A DNA stretch of 32,814 nt from a virus (IMGVR_UViG_3300005805_000273:1-32814); one strand, 5' to 3'; numbered from the stretch's first letter, positions 1 through 8,410 are shown. Made by a program: numbers and translations. Notes: generated by a model from the sequence alone, not told the origin.

Positions 1-2172
1 TCATTAAAAAATTTAGATATTAATAAAATGATAGAATCTTTGAAAAATTTCGATTTGTCAAAAGCAGTTGATGATTGGGCAAAATCTTTAGATAAAGACA
101 AGATTGGTAAATGGATTGGCGGGCTTTTAGAATCTATTCTTAAGGGTTTAGTTGCCGCTAAAGACTTTTTAAAGGGAGTAATTGAAAAAATTCCTGACAA
201 GGCTTTAGGTGATATATTTGTTGGGCTGGCTGGTGTTTTCTGGGACACGATGAAATTTGTTGGCAAAACTGTTCTCAGAGGTTTAGAAACTCTATCCCCA
301 GAGCAATTAGGAGTAGTTGCGGGAGCTAGTGCAATATATGGGCTACTATTCGGAGGAGGACCTTTGGGTATAGGGCTTGTAGGAGTTCTTATAAAAAAGG
401 TTTTTGATCGCGTAATGAAAAGAATAGCAGAAAAGTCTTTTGCAAAAACTATTGGAGATGCAGTGGGTGGTTCCCTAGGTTCTTTAGATGGTGTGATGAA
501 TTGTTGTTGCGATGGAATGCCAGAGCCAGGAGGAAGAAAAAGGCGCCGAGGTCCTCGAGGAAAAACAAGCCGCGGCTCAAGAAATACTAATCGTAGAACA
601 GCGCCACGTGGCCAGCCAAAACCAACACAAAAGACTGGCCAGCCAAAACCAACACAAAAGACTGAACAGCCAAAACCCAAGAATACACCAAAAAGAAAAC
701 CAAAACCGGACTCTCCACCCAAAGGAAAACCTGTCGATTCTTTGGCAAGAAAGCAGGCATTAAAAAAACTTCTCACAAGGATGGGTGTAACAAGTGTGGC
801 CGGTTTGGCGGCTGCTGGAGGATTTGCAGTTCTGGCGGCAGATCTTGCTATAGTAGGTTGGACTGCTTATGAAGTTGGATCTCTTCTAAATGAGGAGTTT
901 GGAATAAGTGAAAAATTAGTAGATTTGGTTGAACCAGAAGTTGTGGATTATTCTGAAAAATTAAAGAATGTCGATCTTGAAACCTATCAACCTGTGGATG
1001 AAAATGAAAAGAGATATGTTGCCGAAGTTTTGGCCGCCAGAAGAAGAAGGGCCGAGGCTGCGAAACAAACTAAACGTAAAAATGCAAATGCCGTAGCTGG
1101 TTCTGGGGGATGGAGACCTCAACAGACAGGCGCCACAGGAACTATAAATTTTTCAACTCCTCAACAAAAGAAAAAAGCTCCTTCCTCAAGTAAAGAAAAT
1201 TTGTCTTCAGGAAATTATAAAATGATTGCTGGTGTTCCAGTGGTTGAAGGAATGCCTTTAACCGAAGAACAAAAAATAGCAATTCAAATAAAAAATGAAA
1301 TGCGTGGTGCTAGTAAGGCGCCATCCTCTGCTCCTCCGAAACCAAAAGTTGTGCCTGTTAGCTCCAATGAAAATGCTCAAACAAGCTCAAACGTATTGAG
1401 AACACAAAATACTCCATCTGGATTACCTAATAATTTTGATTATGACACATACACAAAACGTGTAGGTTATTTTGAAAGCTCAAATGATTATGGTATAGTT
1501 AATAGTTTAGGATATGTTGGTAGATATCAGTTTGGAGCACAAGCATTAGAAACTTTGGGTTATTTAAAGCCAGGAAGTTACGCTAAAGGAAAAAATGCTT
1601 CGATGAATGATCCTTCAAACTGGAATAATGGGCTATCTTTAGAAAAGTTTTTGAACAGCCCCGAAATTCAAGATGAAGCTATGGAAAAATTAACAAAATT
1701 AAATTACAAACAACTTGCTGATAAAGGTGTAATCAACAAAGATATGTCATCGGACGAACTTGCTGGTATGCTTTATGTGGCACACGGTGTTGGTGCTGGA
1801 GGCGCGATGAAATTTGCGAGAGGTGAAAACCCAGCAGAAGGGTATGGAACAACAGCTAGACAAATGTTTGCAAAGGCATCAGGTAAACAATATTCTGGCG
1901 ACGATATAAAACAATTTACAATAAGTTCCGGTGGGGTATCAACAATGAACAGATTGGCGTCAAGTATGCCAAAAGTGAGCGGCGACATGTTCAATTTGCC
2001 AAGTTCTGATAAATTGGGAGATTTTGGAAACGCGATCATCAATGTTATTAACAACAATATGGCAAAAGCAGAGCAAGCAACAAGCGAAGCCTTAAGTTCA
2101 ATCGATATGGATTCAGTAAAAGATATGTTTAATCCTATGATTGCTAGAGCCACATATGGATTTACATTATAA
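1..2172 (+). CDS. Virion tail/baseplate-associated protein with C-terminal lysozyme-like domain (probably 5'-truncated)
   Basis: Frame is open from base 1, so the gene likely starts before the window. Helical Gly/Ala-rich N-part, low-complexity linker, C-terminal 'ESSNDY..VNSLGYVGRYQFG...PEIQD' lysozyme-like motif. Confidence 0.6.
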   Translation, partial: SLKNLDINKMIESLKNFDLSKAVDDWAKSLDKDKIGKWIGGLLESILKGLVAAKDFLKGVIEKIPDKALGDIFVGLAGVFWDTMKFVGKTVLRGLETLSPEQLGVVAGASAIYGLLFGGGPLGIGLVGVLIKKVFDRVMKRIAEKSFAKTIGDAVGGSLGSLDGVMNCCCDGMPEPGGRKRRRGPRGKTSRGSRNTNRRTAPRGQPKPTQKTGQPKPTQKTEQPKPKNTPKRKPKPDSPPKGKPVDSLARKQALKKLLTRMGVTSVAGLAAAGGFAVLAADLAIVGWTAYEVGSLLNEEFGISEKLVDLVEPEVVDYSEKLKNVDLETYQPVDENEKRYVAEVLAARRRRAEAAKQTKRKNANAVAGSGGWRPQQTGATGTINFSTPQQKKKAPSSSKENLSSGNYKMIAGVPVVEGMPLTEEQKIAIQIKNEMRGASKAPSSAPPKPKVVPVSSNENAQTSSNVLRTQNTPSGLPNNFDYDTYTKRVGYFESSNDYGIVNSLGYVGRYQFGAQALETLGYLKPGSYAKGKNASMNDPSNWNNGLSLEKFLNSPEIQDEAMEKLTKLNYKQLADKGVINKDMSSDELAGMLYVAHGVGAGGAMKFARGENPAEGYGTTARQMFAKASGKQYSGDDIKQFTISSGGVSTMNRLASSMPKVSGDMFNLPSSDKLGDFGNAIINVINNNMAKAEQATSEALSSIDMDSVKDMFNPMIARATYGFTL
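609..677 (+). repeat. 27-bp in-frame tandem repeat, about 2.5 copies (GQPKPTQKT)
   Basis: tggccagccaaaaccaacacaaaagac at 609-635 and 636-662, then a degenerate partial copy. Confidence 0.9.
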
Positions 2173-2197
2173 AAAAGGGGAGCTAGGCTCCCCTTTT
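2171..2197. terminator. Bidirectional intrinsic terminator between convergent genes
   Basis: aaaaaaGGGGAGC-tag-GCTCCCCtttt, between the stop codons at 2172 and 2202. Confidence 0.9.
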
Positions 2198-2201
2198 AAT
2201 T

Positions 2202-3107
2202 TCAATCTTCTTCTGCTAGATCTTTAAAGTAATCTAGATCAGAATCCGCGTCTTCTTTAAGAGAAAGAGTTATACTGTCATCAATGTCTTCAATACTCTT
2301 AGTCTTCTTGACTTTGTGTGATTCTGGAATCACATCTTCTTCTCGCTGAGGAAGTTCGCCTCGCTCACCAAGAACTGCATTTAGGCGTTCCTTGATTTTA
2401 TCATAAGACTTGAATTGCGAAGGATTAACAAACTCCTTGAGAGAATGTTCTCTCTTCCACAAAGATTCTAACTTGTCATCATCACCATCATATAGTGCAG
2501 TGGGTGAATCAAACTCAGAACGATCATAGTTTCGATAACCTTCTACTTGACGAATCTTTATCTTGAAGTTTGCGCCTTCCCAGAAGTCAAATGGGTTGAT
2601 TGCTGTTTCATCTTCAAACTCTGGATTCATGGCCTCTGTAATCTTATCGAAGATTTTCTTTCCAAATTTGAAAAGAAATACCTTACCTTCATTATCTGGA
2701 TTCTTGGGGTCCGAAATAACTAGAATGTTAGAAATGTAAGTGAGCTTACGCTTGCGCTTGCGTACAATTTCCTTGTTTGCCTCTAAGCCTGAATTCCAAA
2801 GAACAGAATTGTTTTCACAAACTGGGCACTTTTCATTCAGCGTCGTAAGACAATTTTCAATAAGCCAACCGCCAGGTCCTTGAAAACCATGAGAGAAAGT
2901 ACGAACCCATGGAAGGCCCTCTTCACCATCAACAGCGGAAGCTGGAAGAAATCTAATAATTGCTGAACCATTGCCTGCCTTATCTGTTTCTGGATACCAG
3001 AAACGGTCATCATTGCCTGAATTTTTTTCTGATAGATTCTCGATTGCCTTTGATAGCTTGTCGAGACTGCCCTTGGACTTCTTTAGATTAGAGAATGAAT
3101 ATGTCAT
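2202..3107 (-). CDS. 32: T4-like single-stranded DNA-binding protein gp32
   Basis: DDRFWYP..DKAGNGSAIIRFLP, HGFQGPGGW.IENCLTT...CPVC, FGKKIFDKI, PFDFWEGANFK, acidic tail. Confidence 0.97.
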   Translation of the reverse strand: MTYSFSNLKKSKGSLDKLSKAIENLSEKNSGNDDRFWYPETDKAGNGSAIIRFLPASAVDGEEGLPWVRTFSHGFQGPGGWLIENCLTTLNEKCPVCENNSVLWNSGLEANKEIVRKRKRKLTYISNILVISDPKNPDNEGKVFLFKFGKKIFDKITEAMNPEFEDETAINPFDFWEGANFKIKIRQVEGYRNYDRSEFDSPTALYDGDDDKLESLWKREHSLKEFVNPSQFKSYDKIKERLNAVLGERGELPQREEDVIPESHKVKKTKSIEDIDDSITLSLKEDADSDLDYFKDLAEED

Positions 3108-3177
3108 TTGTATACCTCGTATGTTTTAATATATTTTTGTATGTTTACTTGTCCACAATAACATGATATCAATTTAT

Positions 3178-3774
3178 TTAGCAAGTTGCAATCTGCTCCT
3201 TCAATATCTTCCTAAACTTGAAAGTTTCGAAAGAAAGAAATGGCGTATACTTTTTACACGTTAGTGAAAAATCTGGCCATCTGAAAGTATCAGTTATTTT
3301 CTTGTTCCAAATTGGAACAAACTTTAATATAGAATCGAGAATGATGAAAGTTTCTAGATGAACATCTTTTTGAAAAGTCATTTTTAATAATGGTGGATAA
3401 GTGTTATCTGAAACTTTCAACATATCGTTTAAATTCTCAAATTTTTCTTTTAGCATTTCAATGTCATTTCTGAACACATAAGAAAGTGATTGAAGAATTT
3501 TTTGCTTTTCTATGAAGCAATCATTAGCCTCATCCGTAAGCAATTCTTTTGACCATGCTTTAGGATGAACTAAAAAGTTAGAAACAAAAAACAATTCCAT
3601 TTCATCATCTGAATATTTTCTTGACAATTTGACGAAATCATATTTGTCTTTCCGTTTCTCAAATGTATCTTTAGCTACATTTACTTTTCTGTTATATTTA
3701 AAGTAATCAAATTTTTCAGAACCAAAATGTAACTTCAAAGCACTATACATTATAAATGATTCGTATGGCGTCAT
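3178..3774 (-). CDS. 59: Helicase loader gp59
   Basis: Y.ALKLHF...YDYFKYN-like motif, FEKRKDKY.F.KLSRK; T4 gene order 33-59-32. Confidence 0.92.
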   Translation of the reverse strand: MTPYESFIMYSALKLHFGSEKFDYFKYNRKVNVAKDTFEKRKDKYDFVKLSRKYSDDEMELFFVSNFLVHPKAWSKELLTDEANDCFIEKQKILQSLSYVFRNDIEMLKEKFENLNDMLKVSDNTYPPLLKMTFQKDVHLETFIILDSILKFVPIWNKKITDTFRWPDFSLTCKKYTPFLSFETFKFRKILKEQIATC

Positions 3775-3992
3775 AGTGGTAATGTATTTGCTTTTGGCAA
3801 AAGGTTTAACTCCTCTGCCTCTTCTCTTATTTTTTGTTTTAAGTTTTGACTTATAAGTCCAGAAATCGTTTCTACTTCTATTTCATGTTTTTCACAGTAA
3901 GCAAGAATAGATTCTAGAATACTCAAATTAGAAGTCTTGGCAAAAGATTCTATCTTTTGACTAAAGGTCAAAATTTCTTCTTCGGTTGGCAT
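3771..3992 (-). CDS. 33: Late transcription coactivator gp33
   Basis: FS..IE...ILAYCEKHEIEVET...LI..LKQKI.EEA..LNLL; synteny. Confidence 0.9.
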   Translation of the reverse strand: MPTEEEILTFSQKIESFAKTSNLSILESILAYCEKHEIEVETISGLISQNLKQKIREEAEELNLLPKANTLPL

Positions 3993-4252
3993 TACTTTAC
4001 AATCGATTCATACAAAGTTTCAAACTGTTCATGCTCAGCCACTTCTTCTTGAAATGTTTGCTTATGATAAACCTTGACCATTCGATTTAGAACCTTCTTT
4101 TCTAATTGAAGTTCTTCGCCTACCTTCTTTTTCATTTCACGAATCAAATCTCGCTCACTCTCAATTCTAGTGAGACTGTTCGACGCTTCTCTCAACATAT
4201 CTAACAACTTTTTTTGATCTGCTGGATTTGATAGTAGTGTTTGATTACTCAT
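3992..4252 (-). CDS. dsbA: T4-like dsDNA-binding protein DsbA
   Basis: EAS.S..RIESE.D.I.E.......L.KK..NRM.K.YHKQ...E..E...LYE; next to gp33. Confidence 0.85.
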   Translation of the reverse strand: MSNQTLLSNPADQKKLLDMLREASNSLTRIESERDLIREMKKKVGEELQLEKKVLNRMVKVYHKQTFQEEVAEHEQFETLYESIVK

Positions 4253-4262
4253 AAATTCTCCA

Positions 4263-4823
4263 TTATCTATAAAACAAATGATTTTCTATTTTAGCCACAA
4301 AGGTTCTCTTTTGATGGAAATGAGGATGTACCTTATCTGAGTGAAAGTATAGCACATTTTTCATCTTGTCGATAGCAATCTCATCAAACTCTCCATTTAA
4401 AGCGCGAAAAGCAACTTCCTTTGATTCCTGCCAATTGTCACCAGATGGAAGTTGTCTTCTCTTACAAAAATAAGAGAATTGACAATTTTGATTTCTATAA
4501 CGCTGCGATACTACACCACAAACCGAATATGGAAAATTGTTGTGTGTCGTTCTATTTAAAATAACGAGTGCCACAGCTTCTTTACCTTTTTGCGACTGCG
4601 TACCAGCTTCATAAAAAATTGCTTCAGATAAACAACGATACTCTTTGGTGTTCGTTATTTCGTTCCTGACAACTCTAGGCTCAAATGGCAAAGGTATTTC
4701 ATGCACCTCAACCGATTGCTTTTTTTCTAAAGATTTCTCTAGATTTACTTTTAGTTCTAATGAAAAATAAAGCATAGCAAGAGTTACTATTACTACACCG
4801 ATTTTTAAAAAAGGTGTTTTCAT
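4263..4823 (-). CDS. SleB/Hydrolase_2-family cell wall hydrolase with N-terminal membrane anchor
   Basis: CLSEAIFYEA, AVALVILNR, FPYSVCGVVSQ, CQFSY, LYFHS, IENHLFY; hydrophobic N-terminus. Confidence 0.88.
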   Translation of the reverse strand: MKTPFLKIGVVIVTLAMLYFSLELKVNLEKSLEKKQSVEVHEIPLPFEPRVVRNEITNTKEYRCLSEAIFYEAGTQSQKGKEAVALVILNRTTHNNFPYSVCGVVSQRYRNQNCQFSYFCKRRQLPSGDNWQESKEVAFRALNGEFDEIAIDKMKNVLYFHSDKVHPHFHQKRTFVAKIENHLFYR

Positions 4824-4841
4824 ATTTCCTCCTTTTGGAAT

Positions 4842-4915
4842 TGGAGCGGGGTATGAGAATCGAACTCACCGCATCAGCTTGGAAGGCTGAGGTATTACCA
4901 CTATACGAACCCCGC
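4842..4915 (-). tRNA. tRNA-Gly(TCC)
   Basis: Cloverleaf, anticodon loop CT-TCC-AA, TTCGA T-loop, encoded CCA. Confidence 0.95.
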
Positions 4916-4952
4916 TGGGCTTAGTTTTTTACATGTTACATAACAAAGGTGT

Positions 4953-5078
4953 TTACCACCACATTAACATGTCTTCAACTTTTTTGTTGAACTTTCTCCT
5001 AGCAGATTTAGAATATCTTATGTGTAGTTTACTAAAAAACATTCTTATTGTAAATAACTTTTTATATATGTTCCACAT
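4953..5078 (-). CDS. Small basic hypothetical protein (41 aa, MWNIYKKLF...EDMLMWW)
   Basis: Hand-translated ORF filling the gap, just downstream of a perfect TATAAATA. Confidence 0.45.
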   Translation of the reverse strand: MWNIYKKLFTIRMFFSKLHIRYSKSARRKFNKKVEDMLMWW

Positions 5079-5100
5079 ATATTTCTTTTTATGAGAGTAA

Positions 5101-5108
5101 TATTTATA
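5101..5108 (-). promoter_or_regulatory. T4-type late promoter TATAAATA
   Basis: Exact gp55 consensus on the - strand; gp33 and gp45 are encoded in the window. Confidence 0.65.
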
Positions 5109-5577
5109 CGTCAATTATATGCGTCTCAACACCATGTCCTATTGTTGTGGCCCTAGTATTTCCAGCTAATAAATGATGATGCTGATTTCCTTCTTTGTCC
5201 GTATGACGTAAAACAATAGGTCTATCTATTTGTGCTCCACTTCGAATCATACCACGAACTCTTTTTCTTTTTTGCGGGTCTTCGACCGATTTTGCTCCTT
5301 GTCCAAACTCACTGTTGCCAACATTTGTGCCCTTTTTAAGTTTTTCTACTTTTGAGCTTTGCATTGATTTGTGAAAACTTTCTTTATCTTTGGCAAATCC
5401 ATGAATTGCTTTTCGTATTGCTGGATGAACACCAGATCTAAAATCTTTGTTTTTCTGCAAATCTTCACTTTGATGAGTTGTTTCATTATGTTCTGAATCG
5501 GCAATTCTCGCACGATTTTCGGAGTTATCAGGAGTATAATTTACAGATTCTAAAATAAAAGTTTTTAATGATTTCAT
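5104..5577 (-). CDS. ParB/Srx-like domain protein with capsid-targeting-like N-terminus (candidate internal head protein)
   Basis: IDRPIVL...HLLAGNTRA resembles the ParB-N motif; MKSLKTFILE resembles the T4 CTS MKTYQEFIAE; AAGGAG RBS. Confidence 0.55.
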   Translation of the reverse strand: MKSLKTFILESVNYTPDNSENRARIADSEHNETTHQSEDLQKNKDFRSGVHPAIRKAIHGFAKDKESFHKSMQSSKVEKLKKGTNVGNSEFGQGAKSVEDPQKRKRVRGMIRSGAQIDRPIVLRHTDKEGNQHHHLLAGNTRATTIGHGVETHIIDV

Positions 5578-5599
5578 TAAATGAAACTCCTTAATTAAA

Positions 5600-5955
5600 G
5601 TGCCACCTGATTGGGTAATAAGGACAGGTGGCGAAACCCCAGAAAGGTTATGCAGCTAGTGCATACTCCATTTCATAAATGTCATCATTGGCATTTATAG
5701 TTTTTTGCATCTTCGACCGGGAAGCCCCAATCCTAACGGCTTTCGCATTGCCGATTCTCCGGTGTTCTTTCAATCCGCTGTCGAATCTATAACACCCCCA
5801 CCTAAGTATACTGGAACACAGATTTCGTTTTTAGGCTTTAGAGTGCCGTATTACGCCAGTATACTTAGGTGGAGGTGGCGGGATTCGCACCCGCGTCCAA
5901 CAGACCTATTATAACACCATCAACGAATAAAATGCTCAGTTCATCGTAATGAGCG
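5600..5955 (-). ncRNA. ssrA: Circularly permuted (two-piece) tmRNA
   Basis: Order on - strand: acceptor piece ending GGACGCGGGTGCGAATCCCGCCACCTCCA (to 5870), intervening segment, coding piece starting GGGGGTGTTATAGATTCGAC (5799). G3.U70 pair; tag 5692-5648 ANDDIYEMEYALAA*. Outer ends approximate. Confidence 0.93.
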
Positions 5956-5964
5956 AGCTTGTTA

Positions 5965-6327
5965 TCAATGATAAGAGGAATTATAATCCATTCCTCTATT
6001 TATTTCAGTTGTTTGCATTTCCTGCATATCAATATTTTCAAAAATATAATCCGAGCTTATTTTTGGATCACACTCTCCACACATAAAAATATCCATTGCC
6101 ATATATGCATGCTCTGGCCATGTATGAACGGAAATATGAGATTCTGCTAACGCTATTATTCCTGTTACTCCTTCACCTTGATCAAATTTATGAAAGTACG
6201 AGTGAAGAATTGTGGCGTTGGCCTTTAATGCAGAATTTTTTAAAATATCTTCTAATCGAAGTCCATCCTTCAATAATTCAGAATCACAACCATGACATTC
6301 AATTATCAAATGTTTTCCTAAAGACAT
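5965..6327 (-). CDS. speD: S-adenosylmethionine decarboxylase proenzyme
   Basis: LGKHLIIE, GVTG...LAESHISVHTWPE (E-S self-cleavage site), DIFMCG. Confidence 0.95.
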   Translation of the reverse strand: MSLGKHLIIECHGCDSELLKDGLRLEDILKNSALKANATILHSYFHKFDQGEGVTGIIALAESHISVHTWPEHAYMAMDIFMCGECDPKISSDYIFENIDMQEMQTTEINRGMDYNSSYH

Positions 6328-6359
6328 TAAAGGTCTCCGTTTAAACAGAAAAGATAAGT

Positions 6360-6367
6360 TATTTATG
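6360..6367 (-). promoter_or_regulatory. Putative late promoter CATAAATA upstream of speD and the tmRNA
   Basis: 7/8 match to TATAAATA, about 30 nt before the ATG. Confidence 0.5.
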
Positions 6368-6388
6368 TATTACAGAGAATTTATAGTC

Positions 6389-6571
6389 TTATTTTAGATC
6401 ATCATAATATACAATGTCAATATAGCCTGGCAATTTATAACCTAATTGCTTTAGAAAGGAATTGAATTGATTTGCGATATCTTTTATATCAGCATCAGAA
6501 GAAATTTCTAGAGAAATTTCTTCTCCTTCTTTCTTCGAATTGATTATAAAATTACCCCTCATCACCCGCAT
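6389..6571 (-). CDS. Hypothetical protein (start uncertain)
   Basis: ORF in operon; C-terminal F..FL...GY...G motif resembles that of ORF 16724-16945. Confidence 0.6.
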   Translation of the reverse strand: MRVMRGNFIINSKKEGEEISLEISSDADIKDIANQFNSFLKQLGYKLPGYIDIVYYDDLK

Positions 6572-6731
6572 CCATAACTACTTTAATGGACTTCTTCTTT
6601 CGTTGAATTTCAAAAAATGATTCAGCATTTGTAAGTGCAGTCTTAAATAGACTGCGCTTTTCATCAAGCATCATCATGTTTAACATTGTCTTTGTTGGTT
6701 TAGACATTTTATAATTTGAATCAAGTGCCAT
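6552..6731 (-). CDS. Small hypothetical protein (59 aa, MALDSNYKMSKPTKTML...)
   Basis: Hand-translated; AGGAG upstream; fills the gap below the ORF-track cutoff. Confidence 0.6.
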   Translation of the reverse strand: MALDSNYKMSKPTKTMLNMMMLDEKRSLFKTALTNAESFFEIQRKKKSIKVVMDAGDEG

Positions 6732-7386
6732 TTAAATGGTGCTCCTTTAGAAAATTTAAAAGCGGAAGAATATAATCTTTTCGCCTTTTGATAAAAATCT
6801 GTGGCTTACTTTCGCCCTCTACAGCAATTATAACAGCAATCTGCTTTGCAGTCAAGCCTGTGAGTTCTTGAAACATCAGAGAATAGCATGTTGTTTGGAA
6901 AAAGTAATTTTGAATATACTCTTCCTTTTTCAACTTTCCTGCTGTCTTAAAATCAATGACAGTAAGTTCTCCATTATATTCAGAAATCAAATCAACAGTT
7001 CCAGCAAGTCTGAGCTTATCACTATAAAGTTTTCCTTCTAAACAGTGTACATTATTAACACTTTGATCGAGTGCGGGGCGTATCTGCTCAAATAGGTGTT
7101 TCTGAAAGGGATTCAGTTTCTCTTGAGGCTTACCTAGAATGTAGTCCTCACATAGCTTGTGAACCCTCGTGCCGCGGCTAGAGGCGTGTTTCGATATACG
7201 ATTAGCCTCTTCTTCGCCAACCCTCTTTCTCCACTTAACTATTCCATCTTTATTCATCTTGGAAAGAACAGTAGTAACGGAAGAATATAAATTTCCATTT
7301 GGTGATTTATAAAATCTTCCATTATCTGTATCAACTCTTTCCAAATTAAAGGAAAGAGAATTATTTTTTATAAAGTTAAAATTCAT
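6721..7386 (-). CDS. PD-(D/E)XK exonuclease (Cas4/RecB-like phage family)
   Basis: SVTTVL, RGTRVHKLCE, AGTVDLI....VIDFKT, YFFQ...Y; next to phoH as in many T4-like phages. Confidence 0.88.
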   Translation of the reverse strand: MNFNFIKNNSLSFNLERVDTDNGRFYKSPNGNLYSSVTTVLSKMNKDGIVKWRKRVGEEEANRISKHASSRGTRVHKLCEDYILGKPQEKLNPFQKHLFEQIRPALDQSVNNVHCLEGKLYSDKLRLAGTVDLISEYNGELTVIDFKTAGKLKKEEYIQNYFFQTTCYSLMFQELTGLTAKQIAVIIAVEGESKPQIFIKRRKDYILPLLNFLKEHHLNGT

Positions 7387-8075
7387 CTAATATTTTTCTT
7401 CTTGTATTCAGATTCAGCAATAATAAAGTTTTTCACGAGAGGACTTCTTACTATATCAAAATAGTTAAACTGAATGAAAGTAAATTCTTTCATTTCTTTA
7501 ATAATATTTAAGAAGTGAAGAAGACCTTCCTTTTCTTTTTCTCTATGAAGATCGGTTTGTTCATAATCTCCGCAGAAAAATATTTTACAATTATCACCAA
7601 CCCTAGTTATGATGGTAGTCAATTCTTGATAACTCATATTTTGCATTTCATCAACAATGATTATGCAGTTATTAAATGTCAGTCCTCTTAGAAATGAGGT
7701 AACACAAAATTCAATTACGTTTTTTTGGCGAAGATTACTATAACCATCACCTCGCTGAAAAAGTTCATTACATATTATTTTATATGGTTCTTCATAGATT
7801 TCTGTTTTTTCTTTCAATGAACCTGGTAGAAAACCTATGTCTCTACTTGGAACAACACTTCTTAGAATTATAATTTTTTCATAATCTGAGTTTGGTTTTA
7901 AAATTTCATTTAGAGCAAGATAGAGAGAAACGAATGTTTTTCCTGTTCCAGCTACTCCATGTAAAATTAAATTTTGCCCTTGAAAAAAATCGTGAAATAC
8001 ATCCTCTTGAGTTTTTGTTAATGGTTTTATCTGCTTAAGTTTAAAATGGGTTTGTTCTTTTAGTTTTCTTGCCAT
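7383..8075 (-). CDS. phoH: PhoH-family ATPase
   Basis: GVAGTGKT, IGFLPG, FLRGLTF, IIVDEMQN, TRVG...GDYEQTD, DIVRS. Confidence 0.96.
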   Translation of the reverse strand: MARKLKEQTHFKLKQIKPLTKTQEDVFHDFFQGQNLILHGVAGTGKTFVSLYLALNEILKPNSDYEKIIILRSVVPSRDIGFLPGSLKEKTEIYEEPYKIICNELFQRGDGYSNLRQKNVIEFCVTSFLRGLTFNNCIIIVDEMQNMSYQELTTIITRVGDNCKIFFCGDYEQTDLHREKEKEGLLHFLNIIKEMKEFTFIQFNYFDIVRSPLVKNFIIAESEYKKKNIR

Positions 8076-8082
8076 AGGTTTT

Positions 8083-8116
8083 AAAAAAAGAAAAGGGAAG
8101 CATATTGCTTCCCTTT
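8083..8116 (-). terminator. Intrinsic terminator immediately upstream of phoH
   Basis: AAAGGGAAGCA-ata-TGCTTCCCTTT followed by a U-rich tract. Confidence 0.7.
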
Positions 8117-8149
8117 AGTTATTTACAGGTTAAAAAAATACTACTAGCA

Positions 8150-8410
8150 TTAGTATTCTTTGGGAACTTCCCAACGAGTCGATTTATTAGAGAATGGATT
8201 TCGTTTTTGAATTCCACCTATGACATGTTTTTGAAAATCAGAAGGTGGTTTCAAATATCCCAATGCATAAGGATCACCAATATTAGATGCTTCCAAAAAT
8301 ACTCTTTCGTATTGTGGATTGTTGGCTTTATAAGAATCAAGTTCTGACATACGCAAAACTACCTCTTGCACTTCGCCAGTTTCTTTATGTTTAAAAGTAT
8401 ATGTCGGCAT
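8150..8410 (-). CDS. FmdB-like conserved phage protein
   Basis: MPTYTFK..ETGE...MSELDSYKANNP pattern typical of T4-like phages. Confidence 0.7.
   Translation of the reverse strand: MPTYTFKHKETGEVQEVVLRMSELDSYKANNPQYERVFLEASNIGDPYALGYLKPPSDFQKHVIGGIQKRNPFSNKSTRWEVPKEY

Noticed and set aside
5868-5900. Stand-alone tRNA fragment or attP site
   Set aside because: Explained as the tmRNA acceptor piece; no integrase in the window.
5705-5914. 69-aa + strand ORF
   Set aside because: Antisense to the tmRNA.
6721-7386. Cas4 as part of a CRISPR system
   Set aside because: No repeat-spacer array or other cas genes seen; this nuclease family is common in T4-like phages.
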